Shown here one piece after another: positions 47,451 through 57,847 of a stretch of 64,000 nt of DNA. Position numbers and translations under genes: made by a program. Each line of letters begins with the position of its first letter. The first letter of the stretch is position 1. Under the pieces are notes generated by a model. It saw only the letters and a program-made list of their open reading frames with translations, searched no databases and was not told where the DNA came from. Source of the stretch: an uncultured Spirochaetaceae bacterium (lineage in GTDB: Bacteria > Spirochaetota > Spirochaetia > JC444 > Marispirochaetaceae); the NCBI GenBank assembly GCA_964554875.1, contig CAZKQJ010000015.1, forward strand, positions 10,302 to 74,301, given 5' to 3'.

Positions 47451-48716
47451 ATGGTTCATATCACAAAACCGCACTCAGACGATCCTCTCTGTTCAGCAAC
47501 CCTAGTTATATCCCTGGTACTTCACGCTTCAGCAGCCCTGCTTTTTCATCATGCCCAACTCCGTTCAGGGTCTCAGTATGTAATCCTGCAGGAGTTCGCC
47601 TGGCATTTCAGAATTCTGCTGGTCCTGTCCGCGGGTCTCTCACTTCTGCTGCGATTTTTCCGGAAGAATGCCCCTCTGCTTCTTATCTTCAAAATCGGCC
47701 TTTTTTTTCTTATCACCTACCCCCTGGGGCTGGAGCTGGGTATTTTCCTCATACTGCTTTTTGCAATCCTCACGGATATCTTTGCCTATCTGCCGCTTAA
47801 GGCAGCACTTGCATACAGTGTATTGAGCCTTGTAATCGCCGGAACCCTCGGAAATCCCGGATCGGCTTTCAACTACCCCAGATACGGCGCAGAGTTTGAG
47901 GAGCTGCTTACAGTCGGTATTACGGCCCTTGTCTACACCTTCGTCCTGCTGATGTACAGACAAACAGCCACAAAACTTACAACCGCCAACAGCAAAACCA
48001 GCCACCTGGATTCCGTCATCACCCAGCTCTCGGATGCCAATCTCGATTTTCAGCGCTATGTACACAGTGTGGAATACTCGGCTGTTCAGTCGGAGCGCCG
48101 GAGAATCAGCAGCGAGATTCATGATACAGTCGGTTACTCCCTGACAAACATCCTCATGACCCTGGAAGCAGTCAGTGATCTGATAGACAGGGACAGCCAG
48201 CGGGCACATGAGGCCCTGGGACGCTCCATTCGGGAAGCCCAGAACTGCCTGGAAGAAACCCGCCGTTCGATGCAGGAACTCAGATCAAAGGAACAGAATG
48301 AGGCGGTGGGACTGCAGGCTCTGGCACATCTGGTCCGCTCTTTCAGCGAGGCCACGGGAATCAAGGTCAACATGGAATTCGGAAACGCACCCACCAGTTT
48401 CGGCAGCAGAGTAGACCTGGTGCTATTCAGGATTATTCAGGAGGGGCTGACCAATGCCTTTCGTCATGGACAGGCGGATACAGTGAGAATTGCCCTGTGG
48501 ATTGAAGAAAATCAGCTGGTGGTCTCAATCCTGGACAACGGCCGGGGCACATCGCAGATTGTCGAAGGGATAGGTATAAGCGGTATGCGGGAACGGGTCG
48601 AGAAGATATACGGAAAAATCAGTTTCAAGAACTATCCCGACGGTTTCAGCGTAAGGGCCGTTCTTCCACTGAAGGAGGATAACAATGGACAGGATACGGG
48701 TGGTTCTCGTGGATGA
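47451..48716 (+). CDS. Membrane sensor histidine kinase (HisKA_3, NarX/DesK-like)
   Basis: Multi-TM N-terminus; ERRRISSEIHDTVG, QEGLTNAFRHG, DNGRG, GIGISGMRER. Confidence 0.9.
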   Translation: MVHITKPHSDDPLCSATLVISLVLHASAALLFHHAQLRSGSQYVILQEFAWHFRILLVLSAGLSLLLRFFRKNAPLLLIFKIGLFFLITYPLGLELGIFLILLFAILTDIFAYLPLKAALAYSVLSLVIAGTLGNPGSAFNYPRYGAEFEELLTVGITALVYTFVLLMYRQTATKLTTANSKTSHLDSVITQLSDANLDFQRYVHSVEYSAVQSERRRISSEIHDTVGYSLTNILMTLEAVSDLIDRDSQRAHEALGRSIREAQNCLEETRRSMQELRSKEQNEAVGLQALAHLVRSFSEATGIKVNMEFGNAPTSFGSRVDLVLFRIIQEGLTNAFRHGQADTVRIALWIEENQLVVSILDNGRGTSQIVEGIGISGMRERVEKIYGKISFKNYPDGFSVRAVLPLKEDNNGQDTGGSRG

Positions 48717-49374
48717 TCAGGTTCTCTTTGTGGAGAGCCTGCAGACCGTTCTTGAACTCAGGTCCGACGACATCGAGGTCGTGGGGACCGCCCATAATGG
48801 AGAAGAGGGCCTTGAAGTTATCCGCGCCAGCAGACCGGATATAGTCCTTATGGACGTCCGTATGCCTGGAATGGACGGAGTTGAAGCTACCCGCAGGCTG
48901 CATCAGGAACATCCGGAAATAAAGGTCGTCATGCTCACGACCTTTGACGACGACGTCTACGTCCGGGAGGCCATGCAGTACAGCGCCGTGGGGTATATCC
49001 TCAAAAATATCCCGGCTACGAACCTTATCAATTCGATCCGGGCTGTCAGGGACGGCACAATACAGCTTTCTCCCAGCGTTATGCACAAGATAGTCAGTCC
49101 TGAAATCGAGGCTGCGCCTTCCGGACGCAGCTCAAAGAAAACCGGGACAGAGCTCCAGGCTTCGGACTTCAGCCGCAGGGAACGGGAGGTCCTCTATCTT
49201 CTATCCAAAGGTCTGGATAACAGAGCCATAGGAGAAAAGCTCTTTATCGCGGAGCAGACGGTTAAGAACCAGATATCCAGAATATACGGAAAAATCGGCA
49301 GCCACGACCGCTTCAGGGCAGCGGAAATCGCCCGGCAACTCGATATAGGCCGGTATATTTCCCGGGATGACTAA
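48685..49374 (+). CDS. NarL/LuxR family response regulator
   Basis: LVDDQ, LMDVRMPGMDG, LTTFDDD, REREVL...TVKNQISRI. Confidence 0.92.
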   Translation: MDRIRVVLVDDQVLFVESLQTVLELRSDDIEVVGTAHNGEEGLEVIRASRPDIVLMDVRMPGMDGVEATRRLHQEHPEIKVVMLTTFDDDVYVREAMQYSAVGYILKNIPATNLINSIRAVRDGTIQLSPSVMHKIVSPEIEAAPSGRSSKKTGTELQASDFSRREREVLYLLSKGLDNRAIGEKLFIAEQTVKNQISRIYGKIGSHDRFRAAEIARQLDIGRYISRDD

Positions 49375-50363
49375 AGCCGCGCAACAACCTTGTTTTCATG
49401 AGACTGCATAAGCCGGTTAATAAGATGCTGAGCTTCCCAGGCTTCCCGTATTGGAACCTTCGCGGTCGTTCCTGTCTTCACGGCATCGAGAAAATCCACG
49501 AGAGCCCTGCTTCGAAGATCTGTTTCCGGCGGGTATTTCTCAACAGCCCTCTCCTTCGATGTAGTCCAGCGAAGTGTTCCAGTTTCCAGAGAGGAATATT
49601 CGGCCACAAGCCGGGAGCAGACCAGGCGAAAGCTTGCTTCCCAGCTGCCGGGGACCGCGCAGTTGGAGGATGCCAGAGAGACCAGAGCCCCTGACTTCAT
49701 TACCAGGCAGGCCGCCGAGGTATCCTCGATGGAATAATCCGGTACCTCACGATGACAGATGTTGTCCTGGAACCCGACGACCCCGGCGGCCGGACCGAGA
49801 AGGTGCAGAACGAGGTCGAAGAGGTGGATTACCTGTTCCAGGAGCTGTCCGCCGGAGAGTCCAGCCCTCCTCCACCATGATGCGTGAAGCGAATTACACA
49901 GATAGGCTCCCTGCAGCAAGGAGGGACAACCCGCCTCTCCGGCTGAGAGAAGCTCCCGGAGGCGCATAATCAGGGGATGAAAGCGGTGTTGAAAATCCAC
50001 CTGGGTAATTACGCCGGCAGCCTCCGCAGCCTTGACCATGGCCTCTGCCTGATCCGCTTTGACCGCCAAGGGCTTTTCCAAAAAGAGGTGGATTCCTCTC
50101 CTGGCAGCCTCCTCCACCTCTCCCCGGTGGGCCCCCGGAGGAAGACAGACAAAGAGAGCCTCCAGTTTTTCCCGGTCAAGCATACTTCGGTAATCGGTGT
50201 ACACCGGTATCTGCCTGCCCAGCCTGAAAGCCAGGGCTTCGGCGCTTTCGAGGCGGCGGGAACAGAGGGCTGCAATTTCGGCCTTGCCGCTCGCTTCGGC
50301 GTTAAGCGCATGGGTCCTGCCCATGGAACCGGTTCCGATTACAGCGCAGCGCAGTCTATTCAT
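49371..50363 (-). CDS. Gfo/Idh/MocA family NAD-dependent oxidoreductase
   Basis: IGTGSMG, EKP, SGGQLLEQVIHLFD. Confidence 0.9.
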   Translation of the reverse strand: MNRLRCAVIGTGSMGRTHALNAEASGKAEIAALCSRRLESAEALAFRLGRQIPVYTDYRSMLDREKLEALFVCLPPGAHRGEVEEAARRGIHLFLEKPLAVKADQAEAMVKAAEAAGVITQVDFQHRFHPLIMRLRELLSAGEAGCPSLLQGAYLCNSLHASWWRRAGLSGGQLLEQVIHLFDLVLHLLGPAAGVVGFQDNICHREVPDYSIEDTSAACLVMKSGALVSLASSNCAVPGSWEASFRLVCSRLVAEYSSLETGTLRWTTSKERAVEKYPPETDLRSRALVDFLDAVKTGTTAKVPIREAWEAQHLINRLMQSHENKVVARL

Positions 50364-51435
50364 CCTTGTCCCTCCCCGTCCCCGATTCCGCAGCAGGGAA
50401 TATTACTCCAAGTTTTATTGCCCGGGCCGGCTCTTCCATGCACATGCGGTACTCCTCCTTCAGCTCCGCGTAGGGAACAAGCCGGTCAATAAGGTGATGG
50501 CCCGGTATGAGCCCCTGCCCTATCAAATGCAGGCATTCTGCCTCGATGCGGCCGGCACTCCAGCGGGGGTGGTCCCTGTTGGGGTCGCTGGTAGCCCGGG
50601 AAAAGATGATCTCGGGGCAGTTCATGTGGGCCTCCGCTCCCAGGTCCAGTCCGGCACCCCAGGGGGGCGGAAAAGCCCCGCAGACGATCCTTCCCCCGAA
50701 GGCTACACCCCGGAGGGCCTCCTGGAGGGCCTGCCGGGAGCCGGACATCTCAATAACTCCGTCTGCCCCCCTGTTCCGGGTAAGGAGTTTCAGTTCCCGG
50801 CCCACGTCTTCAGCGCCCGGGTCCAGTACCTCCGTGGCGCCCATCTTCATGGCCGCCGCCCTCCGCCCTTCCAGGGGATCGAGGGCAATAATCTGAGTTG
50901 CCCCGGAGAGAAGGGCCATGCGAACACAGATAAGCCCGATGGCCCCCATACCGAATACTGCGACCCTGTCCCCAAGGCGTACTCCGCTGTCCCGCACAGC
51001 CCCCAGGGAAAAGCGAGCCGGGTCAAGGCAGAGAGCGGAGCGCCAGTCGTTCTGCGACAGCCGCCACAGCCTGTTTCGGGGAATTACCGCGTATTCACAA
51101 AAGTGGGAGAAGCCGAATACATGCTCCCCCACTGCCAGATCCGTCACGTCCCGACCCAGAGAGGATACCCTTCCCGAAACCATATTGCCCGCGAAAAAGC
51201 TGTTTTCTTTCTTCTCTCCCCTGTCATGGGCAGGCGTTTTTTCATGAATCCGGAGCTCTTCGTTCCATTTTCCCCGCTGCGACGGGTACCCCTGGGCCAT
51301 GGAGAACTCGGTGCCGTGCTTTATGGCTCCGTACTCCAGCTCCACCAGGACCTCTCCCGGACCGGGTTCCCCGCGGGGGAACTCTTTCCACTCCAGCTTT
51401 CCGCTGCCTTCCCGGACCTGCAGGACCCTGTTCAT
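50356..51435 (-). CDS. ycjQ: YcjQ-like MDR-family glycoside 3-dehydrogenase
   Basis: KHGTEF, DPARFSLGAVRDSGVRLGD, EAHMN...IIFSRATSDPNRDHPRW match E. coli YcjQ as I recall it. Confidence 0.75.
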   Translation of the reverse strand: MNRVLQVREGSGKLEWKEFPRGEPGPGEVLVELEYGAIKHGTEFSMAQGYPSQRGKWNEELRIHEKTPAHDRGEKKENSFFAGNMVSGRVSSLGRDVTDLAVGEHVFGFSHFCEYAVIPRNRLWRLSQNDWRSALCLDPARFSLGAVRDSGVRLGDRVAVFGMGAIGLICVRMALLSGATQIIALDPLEGRRAAAMKMGATEVLDPGAEDVGRELKLLTRNRGADGVIEMSGSRQALQEALRGVAFGGRIVCGAFPPPWGAGLDLGAEAHMNCPEIIFSRATSDPNRDHPRWSAGRIEAECLHLIGQGLIPGHHLIDRLVPYAELKEEYRMCMEEPARAIKLGVIFPAAESGTGRDKDE

Positions 51436-52739
51436 CGTATTATCCTGCAGTAGTCGCCGTGGGCGGTGAGCATCTCATTGCAGAGAGATACAATCTCGTC
51501 GATACTGAGTTCCGCCGCCGTATGGGGATCCAGGAAGGCGGCCTGATACAGGGCATCCCGGCTTCCCTGCAGGGCGGCCTCGATGGTCATGAGCTGCACA
51601 TGCACCGCCGCGCTGTTGAGGGCGGCACACTGGACGGGAAGTTCCCCTGCGTAGACCCCCTGAATGCCGTTACGGTCCACCAGACAGGGGACCTCTACAA
51701 CAGCTCTGGCCGGCAAGTTGGGAATGAGGCCGGTATTCTGCACATTTCCGTGAATCCGCCGGGGGGTCCCGGAAACAACTGAGTCCATTATACCGGCCGC
51801 GTACTCATAGGAGAGGCCACTGGATTCGGCACTGAAGTCCAGGCTCTTTTCCTTTTCATTTTCCCACTCCCGGATCTGCTCCCTGCAGCGGCGGGGATAC
51901 TCATCCAGGGGAATATGGTACTCCTTTATGAGTTCGGGATGAGTGCGTTTTATCCAGTACGGACTGTACTCCGCATTATGCTCTGAAGACTCCGTTACGT
52001 AGTAACCAAAGCGCCGCATGATCTCGAAGCGCAGCCGGTCCTTGTGTTCCCTTAAACCTGAAGCCCGTTCCTTTATTTCCGGGTAGAGGTCTTTGCCCTT
52101 GTGTCTGATCTCCAGCAGCCAGGCCATGTGGTTAATACCGGCAATTCTCCATTGGACTTCCTCCGGGTCGATGTCAATTCCGGTGTACTGCAGGAGCCGG
52201 GGCACACAGATCTGTACCGAGTGGCACAGACCGACGGTCCGGATCCCCGAAGCAGCCAGAATCCCGCCGCTTACGATGGAGAGGGGATTTACATAATTCA
52301 GCAGGAGGGCTTCGGGGCACTCCTCCTCCATCTCCTTCACTATCTCGAACATCACCTGCAGGGTTCGTATACCCCGGAAGATCCCCCCGATCCCCAGGGT
52401 ATCCCCGATGGTCTGCCGCAGCCCGTAGCGGGCGGGAATTTCGAAATCGATTACCGTTGCCGGCTCGTAGCCACCCACCTGAATCGCATTTATGACAAAG
52501 TCCGCCCCCCGCAGGGCAGCAGCTCTCTGTTCCTCTCCGCAGAAGCCGCGAAGACGGGCCAATCCCGCATTCAGCCCCTGGTTCAGTCGACCGATAATCT
52601 CCAAGGACTCTTTCAGTCTTCGACTGTCGATGTCATACAGATGAATCTCCGTATCCCGCAGCGCCGGAGTTTGAAAAGCATCTCCCAGAATATTACGCAC
52701 GAAAACAGTGCTTCCGGCCCCCAGAAAGGTAATAATCAT
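51432..52739 (-). CDS. melA: GH4 NAD+/Mn2+-dependent alpha-galactosidase
   Basis: ITFLGAGSTVF, QTIGDTLGIGG, NYVNP, GLCHS, GINHMAW, TESSEHNAEY. Confidence 0.88.
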   Translation of the reverse strand: MIITFLGAGSTVFVRNILGDAFQTPALRDTEIHLYDIDSRRLKESLEIIGRLNQGLNAGLARLRGFCGEEQRAAALRGADFVINAIQVGGYEPATVIDFEIPARYGLRQTIGDTLGIGGIFRGIRTLQVMFEIVKEMEEECPEALLLNYVNPLSIVSGGILAASGIRTVGLCHSVQICVPRLLQYTGIDIDPEEVQWRIAGINHMAWLLEIRHKGKDLYPEIKERASGLREHKDRLRFEIMRRFGYYVTESSEHNAEYSPYWIKRTHPELIKEYHIPLDEYPRRCREQIREWENEKEKSLDFSAESSGLSYEYAAGIMDSVVSGTPRRIHGNVQNTGLIPNLPARAVVEVPCLVDRNGIQGVYAGELPVQCAALNSAAVHVQLMTIEAALQGSRDALYQAAFLDPHTAAELSIDEIVSLCNEMLTAHGDYCRIIR

Positions 52740-52795
52740 TTTCGTTGCCTCCAGGTCCCATGCTAGGGCATCTGTTTTCCGGGGTATATAGCAAA

Positions 52796-53656
52796 ATGTG
52801 GAAAATGAAGTCCGGTTCCGAGTTCTTCAACACCATCGTTCCTTCCGCAGACATCAACCTTCTGTTCACCGGATACGAACAGTGCCCCCCGGAAAAATCC
52901 TGCGGAGGCGTCCGTTCCCATTTTCTCCTTCATTACATAGTGTCCGGCAGCGGAACAGTACTCACCGGCGACAAAACCTTCAAGCTCAACCCCGGAGACC
53001 TCTTCTGCTATTCTCCCGAACAGCCCCTTCACTATACGGCGGATTCCCTGAGACCCTGGAAGTTCGCCTGGGTCGGATTCACCGGCGCGAGGGTCGACGA
53101 GATACTCAAGCCATTCACCGGCGGAGCTCCCCTGACCATCCGTACCCACCCTTCCCCGTTACGAATGGAGGGACTCTTTGAATCGCTCTTTCGACAGCAG
53201 GAGCTCCGCAACGAAGGCTTTAACCTGGTTTCCGAAGGTATTCTTCTGGAAATTCTGGGGGAGTTGTGCCGGGCTGACTGCAAATTTCCGGAATCGGTTC
53301 AGGTTCAAGATACCCCGCCCGGGATTGGAACCGGGGACCTGCAGTCCTTTTATGTGCAAAAGATGAGGCAGTTCATCCATTCCAATTACCAGAATGCCAT
53401 AAGCGTGCAGCACGTGGTGGACTACATCGGGATTGACCGCTCTTACGCTTCCCGAATTTTTCATCGCCTGGAAAAGCGGACCATTCAGCGTTACCTTATC
53501 GATCTTCGAATGAAAAAAGCAAGGCAGCTGCTCGAGGAAAAAAGACTCTCCATTGTAAACGTCGCTCGTTCCGTGGGGTATCAGGATTACACCACCTTTG
53601 AACGAAGGTTCAAACAGGAGCATGGCAAATCCCCCGGCTCTTTCCCGGATACGTAA
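52796..53656 (+). CDS. AraC family regulator (MelR/MsmR-like)
   Basis: Cupin HFLLHYIVSGSG, WVGFTG; C-terminal double HTH (DRSYASRIF, VARSVGYQD). Confidence 0.9.
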   Translation: MWKMKSGSEFFNTIVPSADINLLFTGYEQCPPEKSCGGVRSHFLLHYIVSGSGTVLTGDKTFKLNPGDLFCYSPEQPLHYTADSLRPWKFAWVGFTGARVDEILKPFTGGAPLTIRTHPSPLRMEGLFESLFRQQELRNEGFNLVSEGILLEILGELCRADCKFPESVQVQDTPPGIGTGDLQSFYVQKMRQFIHSNYQNAISVQHVVDYIGIDRSYASRIFHRLEKRTIQRYLIDLRMKKARQLLEEKRLSIVNVARSVGYQDYTTFERRFKQEHGKSPGSFPDT

Positions 53657-53661
53657 AACAG

Positions 53662-53684
53662 GTACGAAATCGGTACTTTCGTAC
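53662..53684. promoter_or_regulatory. Inverted repeat GTACGAAA-N7-TTTCGTAC (terminator or operator)
   Basis: Perfect 8-bp inverted repeat 6 nt after the AraC stop and upstream of the ABC operon. Confidence 0.4.
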
Positions 53685-53755
53685 TATTGTTGCCCAATAA
53701 TACCGGCTTTATTCTGATAAAACGAACTCAACTGTTTCAAGGAGGTAGTGACGTT

Positions 53756-55138
53756 ATGAAAAAGTTGACCGTTCTTATTATGGTCCTGATTTTGCTTGGT
53801 ACTTCTGCCTGGGCAGGCGGACAATCCGCGGCTCCAGTGGAGGATGCAGATGTATCCGGACCGGTATCCATCGATTTCTGGACCACCCAGACACAGTCGG
53901 ACCGAATGTCCACAATTCAGGTACTCATAGATACCTTTGAGGCACTGAATCCGAACATTTCAATCAACCTGGTTGCAGTGGATGAAAACGACATGGCCAC
54001 CCAGCTGAACACCTCAGCCGCCGCCAACACCCTGCCGGCCCTGATTGAATGTGCCGCGGAAAACGCCGTCGCCTTCGGCTCCGAGGGACTGCTCAATGCA
54101 AAAGCCATTACCGAGGTAATCGAAGGGATCGGGAAAAACAGGTTCTATGCCGGAACCCTGCGCCTGAATGAAAGTGCCGAGAAAGGCAGGTACTACGGTG
54201 TCCCCTATCACGGATGGGTCCAGGGCATCTGGTACCGGGCCGACTGGTTTGAAGAGGCAGGATTGAATCCGCCGTCCACCTGGGATGACATACTTGAGGC
54301 TGCCAGGTATTTCTATAAACCACAGGAAAACCAGTATGGCATCCTGGTGGGAACCAAAGCGGAAGCCTATGCAGAGCAATGTTTTACCCAGATAGCCATG
54401 GCCAACGGAGCTCAGCTCTTCGATGCCCGTGGGAATCTTATCTTCAATTCTCCGGAAATGCGTGAGGCTGTTCAATACTACGCTGAACTGGCTAAATTTA
54501 ATCCTCCGGGCCCCCAGACCTGGCGCGCCAGGGACTACTACCTTCAGGGGAAAATGGCCATGTTCTTCTATTCCACCTACATCATGGACGATCTGGCCAT
54601 CGAATCTGACGCAAAGGACTCACTTACCGGCGAGCACTTCACGGAGCTTAGCGGCAGGAATTTCGATCCCCAACTGGTGCAGAATACCCGGCTCGCGTCG
54701 ATAATCAGAAAAACCCAGAACGCGGGCTATGGTACAATTGTGAGCTTTGGCATTCCGGATCATGGAGATCCGCTGAAAACTGCCGCAACACAGCAGTTTA
54801 TCAGATACCTCTTCACCCCCAACGCCTATATCACCTGGCTGCATATGGCACCGGGAGGGATGAATCCGGTTCTGAAAGAAATATCTACCAACGTGCGTTT
54901 TCAGAACGATCCCAAAGGTATCTTTCAGCATTACGGCACGGAGAAAATGGCGGAAATCATCCAGGGCCTGGACAGCATCGAGACCTTCAGCATTGTGGAT
55001 GGAAAGCGAATGGCCGCGGCCAGTACGATCTATTCCAAGCAGATCATTCCGCAGATGCTTTACAAGATCACCCAGGAAGGAATGAATATCGACGCAGCCA
55101 TGAAATGGGCCGAAGCCGAAATGAAGAAACTTATGTAA
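53756..55138 (+). CDS. ycjN: YcjN-like carbohydrate ABC substrate-binding protein
   Basis: AAGGAGG RBS; GVPYHGWVQGIWYRAD, EQCFTQIA, YSTYI, MAPGG resemble YcjN as recalled. Confidence 0.75.
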   Translation: MKKLTVLIMVLILLGTSAWAGGQSAAPVEDADVSGPVSIDFWTTQTQSDRMSTIQVLIDTFEALNPNISINLVAVDENDMATQLNTSAAANTLPALIECAAENAVAFGSEGLLNAKAITEVIEGIGKNRFYAGTLRLNESAEKGRYYGVPYHGWVQGIWYRADWFEEAGLNPPSTWDDILEAARYFYKPQENQYGILVGTKAEAYAEQCFTQIAMANGAQLFDARGNLIFNSPEMREAVQYYAELAKFNPPGPQTWRARDYYLQGKMAMFFYSTYIMDDLAIESDAKDSLTGEHFTELSGRNFDPQLVQNTRLASIIRKTQNAGYGTIVSFGIPDHGDPLKTAATQQFIRYLFTPNAYITWLHMAPGGMNPVLKEISTNVRFQNDPKGIFQHYGTEKMAEIIQGLDSIETFSIVDGKRMAAASTIYSKQIIPQMLYKITQEGMNIDAAMKWAEAEMKKLM

Positions 55139-55163
55139 AACTCTTAGCGCAGGGAGAGACAGT

Positions 55164-56057
55164 ATGAATATGCAGCATACGCTACAGGCAAAAGGACTGG
55201 ATCTCAGACAGCGCGAAATCGTGCTGGGATGGTCGCTTGTTCTTCCATCGGTTCTGATCATCCTGGCACTTATTCTGTATCCGATTGTCTACAACATATA
55301 TCTCAGTTTTTTTGATGTAAAACCCCTGGCAGACAACACATATATAGGGCTGGAGAACCACAGGAATGTTGTTCTTGATCCTGGTTTCTGGAATGCCATT
55401 GTTTTAACGGTCATCTATGTACTCTTTACTACGCTGGGTACGACCCTCATGGGTCTCTTTGTGGCCCTGGTCATGAACAAGAAGTTCCCTTTCAGAGGAT
55501 TCGTTCGCAGTCTCATCCTTTTTCCCTATGTTGCTCCCGTAATCTCGGTCGTTTTTGCCTGGCAGTTCATCTTCGATCCGGTGAACGGCATATTCATGGA
55601 CATCGCCTATGAACGGCTGGGGATCTTTTCCAGCCGCTTCAATCTGATCGGATCTCCCTCGACCGCAGTGTGGGTAGCGATTATCTTCAGTATCTGGAAG
55701 AATTTTCCCTTCTCTTACCTGATGATACTTTCCCGACTTCAGGCTATCGACCAGAACCTCTACGAGGCCGCGGAGATGGACGGGGCTTCCGGCTGGCAGA
55801 AGTTCCGCTACATTACCCTGCCGGAGGTCTATTTCGTCATGGGGGCCATCGTCCTGCTCAGGATGATATGGAACTTCAACAAGTTTGAAGAGATCTACCT
55901 GCTCACGGACAACGTACGGGTGCTTTCGGTATACACCTACTTCAAGGCATTTGTCGGCACAATGGAACTCGGACAGGGTGCGTCCCTGGCGGTAATACAG
56001 TTCCTGCTGCTCATCGGTTTTATTCTTTTCTATGTAAAACGGGTACTCAAATGGTAA
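55164..56057 (+). CDS. ycjO: Carbohydrate ABC permease (YcjO-like)
   Basis: WKNFPF...LQAIDQNLYEAAEMDGA EAA loop. Confidence 0.8.
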   Translation: MNMQHTLQAKGLDLRQREIVLGWSLVLPSVLIILALILYPIVYNIYLSFFDVKPLADNTYIGLENHRNVVLDPGFWNAIVLTVIYVLFTTLGTTLMGLFVALVMNKKFPFRGFVRSLILFPYVAPVISVVFAWQFIFDPVNGIFMDIAYERLGIFSSRFNLIGSPSTAVWVAIIFSIWKNFPFSYLMILSRLQAIDQNLYEAAEMDGASGWQKFRYITLPEVYFVMGAIVLLRMIWNFNKFEEIYLLTDNVRVLSVYTYFKAFVGTMELGQGASLAVIQFLLLIGFILFYVKRVLKW

Positions 56058-57013
56058 GACGTAACAGTATTTTACGACGAGGCGGTTTTGCCCTACTGGT
56101 ACTGGCAATAGTTTTTTTCAGCATATTTCCATTTATTCAGATGCTCTCCATTTCCCTCAAGTATCCTGGAGAATGGGGCGATCCCGGACTTGTACCGGAC
56201 AAGATAAACCTCGAAGCCTACATGGAACTACTGAATATCGGCCAGAGTGCAAAGAATGTTCCCGAATCTGTTCTGAACCTTCTGAATGAAACCCCGGATC
56301 TGACAGATGAACAGAGGCAGGCAATTTTGCAGAAATACAGAAGTACGGGAGATGTTTTTCCTTTTCTGCGGTACTTTGCAAACTCCTTTCTGCTCTCCTT
56401 TTCCGCGGCCTTCATTACAGTTATATTCGCCATATTCGGGGCCTATTCCTTCAGCCGTCTGAGGTTTCCAGGACGCTCCCTTATTCAGCGGGGGGTTCTG
56501 TTCGTCTATATGTTCGGTGGAATCCTTCTTCTGATTCCTCTCTACAAGATGTTCGTCAGTATGGGCTGGATACGCATACCTCCGGGAGCCTTTTTAAGTC
56601 TGCTGATAATCTACGTCGTCCAGACCCTTCCGGTCTCCCTCTACATGCTGGGAAACTACTTCCGGACCATCCCCTACTCGATTGAAGAGGCTGCCATGAT
56701 TGAGGGATCGTCACGGTTCGGAACAATCTGGCGGATCATCATTCCCCTTTCCGTTGCCGCAATCGTAACCGTCTTTATCTACTGCTTCATGATTGCCTGG
56801 AACGAGTATCTGTTTGCCTCGGTATTCCTGAAGAATTTCAAGGACCTCTACACCCTTCCCATGGGGCTCAAGGCGCTTTTTACCTCCAAGAATGCGATAT
56901 GGGACCGGATAATGGCTGCCTCGGTACTGACTGCGACGCCGGTAATCATTCTGTTTATCTCGATTCAGAGGAACCTGGCGGGGGGAATGGCCGCGGGGGG
57001 CGTGAAAGAATAA
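56051..57013 (+). CDS. ycjP: Carbohydrate ABC permease (YcjP-like)
   Basis: AYSFSRLRFPG, IEEAAMIEG, AWNEYLFA. Confidence 0.8.
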   Translation: MVRRNSILRRGGFALLVLAIVFFSIFPFIQMLSISLKYPGEWGDPGLVPDKINLEAYMELLNIGQSAKNVPESVLNLLNETPDLTDEQRQAILQKYRSTGDVFPFLRYFANSFLLSFSAAFITVIFAIFGAYSFSRLRFPGRSLIQRGVLFVYMFGGILLLIPLYKMFVSMGWIRIPPGAFLSLLIIYVVQTLPVSLYMLGNYFRTIPYSIEEAAMIEGSSRFGTIWRIIIPLSVAAIVTVFIYCFMIAWNEYLFASVFLKNFKDLYTLPMGLKALFTSKNAIWDRIMAASVLTATPVIILFISIQRNLAGGMAAGGVKE

Positions 57014-57037
57014 GGGCTGCCCGTATACGGACAGCCC
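57014..57037. terminator. Hairpin between convergent genes
   Basis: gggctgcccg-tata-cggacagccc stem with one mismatch. Confidence 0.6.
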
Positions 57038-57070
57038 CCTTGTTGACAATGGGAAACTGGCGCTGATGAA

Positions 57071-57847
57071 TCAGCGCTTTGCTCCTGCAAGAGCCTCTTC
57101 CACCAGGGAATAGAAAGTATCGTAGGTAATAGTCGCTCCGGTGATTGTGTCAGGAGCAGACGTGTTCTGACTCTCCATGAAAGCCTTCTCTACAGCCTGA
57201 GCCTGTTCGTGCCACTCTTTTGTAGCATTAGAATTGGCTACCATACCGTATTCCCCGTCCCTGGAGCGCTGAACCTTGCTGGTTCCGCCATCTTCCGCAA
57301 AAGCATCCCAGTGGGCGGAAACCACGTACCCGGATGTTACCGTAAGATCCACAAAGTACTTCCATCCATTGTGGTACTCTTCATCCGAAGCTGAGTATGT
57401 GCCGTCCTTATAGGGACCGTAGCCCACAGGGCCCTTGGACAGAGCTTCAGCAGCAAGTTCGTAGAACTCATTATAATGGATGGTAGCTCCGCTGATGGTA
57501 TCGGGCATTTCGGTTGATGGATTCTCCTTGAAATACTCCTCCACCGCAGCGGCCTGAACATGCCAGTCTGCCTGGGCTCCCCCCTGGGCAACCATAGGGT
57601 AATCTCCTGCTTCGGAAACGGAAAGCTTGTCCGGCCCTGCGTTGATGTTGGAACCGTTCCAGAGTACTTCTGTGAATTCTCCACCCTCGACCTTCAGGGT
57701 CAGGTTATATTTCCAACCGCTTCTGGGAAATTCCGTCTGCTGGGCAAAATAGATACCGTCTTCATAGCCCGTTCCCTTCGAACTGCAGCTAACAAAAAGG
57801 GCGGCAGCGAGGGCCAGTACAACGGTAATTCTTACAATGTGTTTCAT
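57071..57847 (-). CDS. Lipoprotein with two FMN-binding domains (PplA / Treponema membrane-immunogen-like)
   Basis: Lipobox FVSC; two homologous halves (Y.DG.Y...GWKY), each ending in a flavinylation motif (DTISGAT, DTITGAT). Start at the ATG at 57847. Confidence 0.88.
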   Translation of the reverse strand: MKHIVRITVVLALAAALFVSCSSKGTGYEDGIYFAQQTEFPRSGWKYNLTLKVEGGEFTEVLWNGSNINAGPDKLSVSEAGDYPMVAQGGAQADWHVQAAAVEEYFKENPSTEMPDTISGATIHYNEFYELAAEALSKGPVGYGPYKDGTYSASDEEYHNGWKYFVDLTVTSGYVVSAHWDAFAEDGGTSKVQRSRDGEYGMVANSNATKEWHEQAQAVEKAFMESQNTSAPDTITGATITYDTFYSLVEEALAGAKR

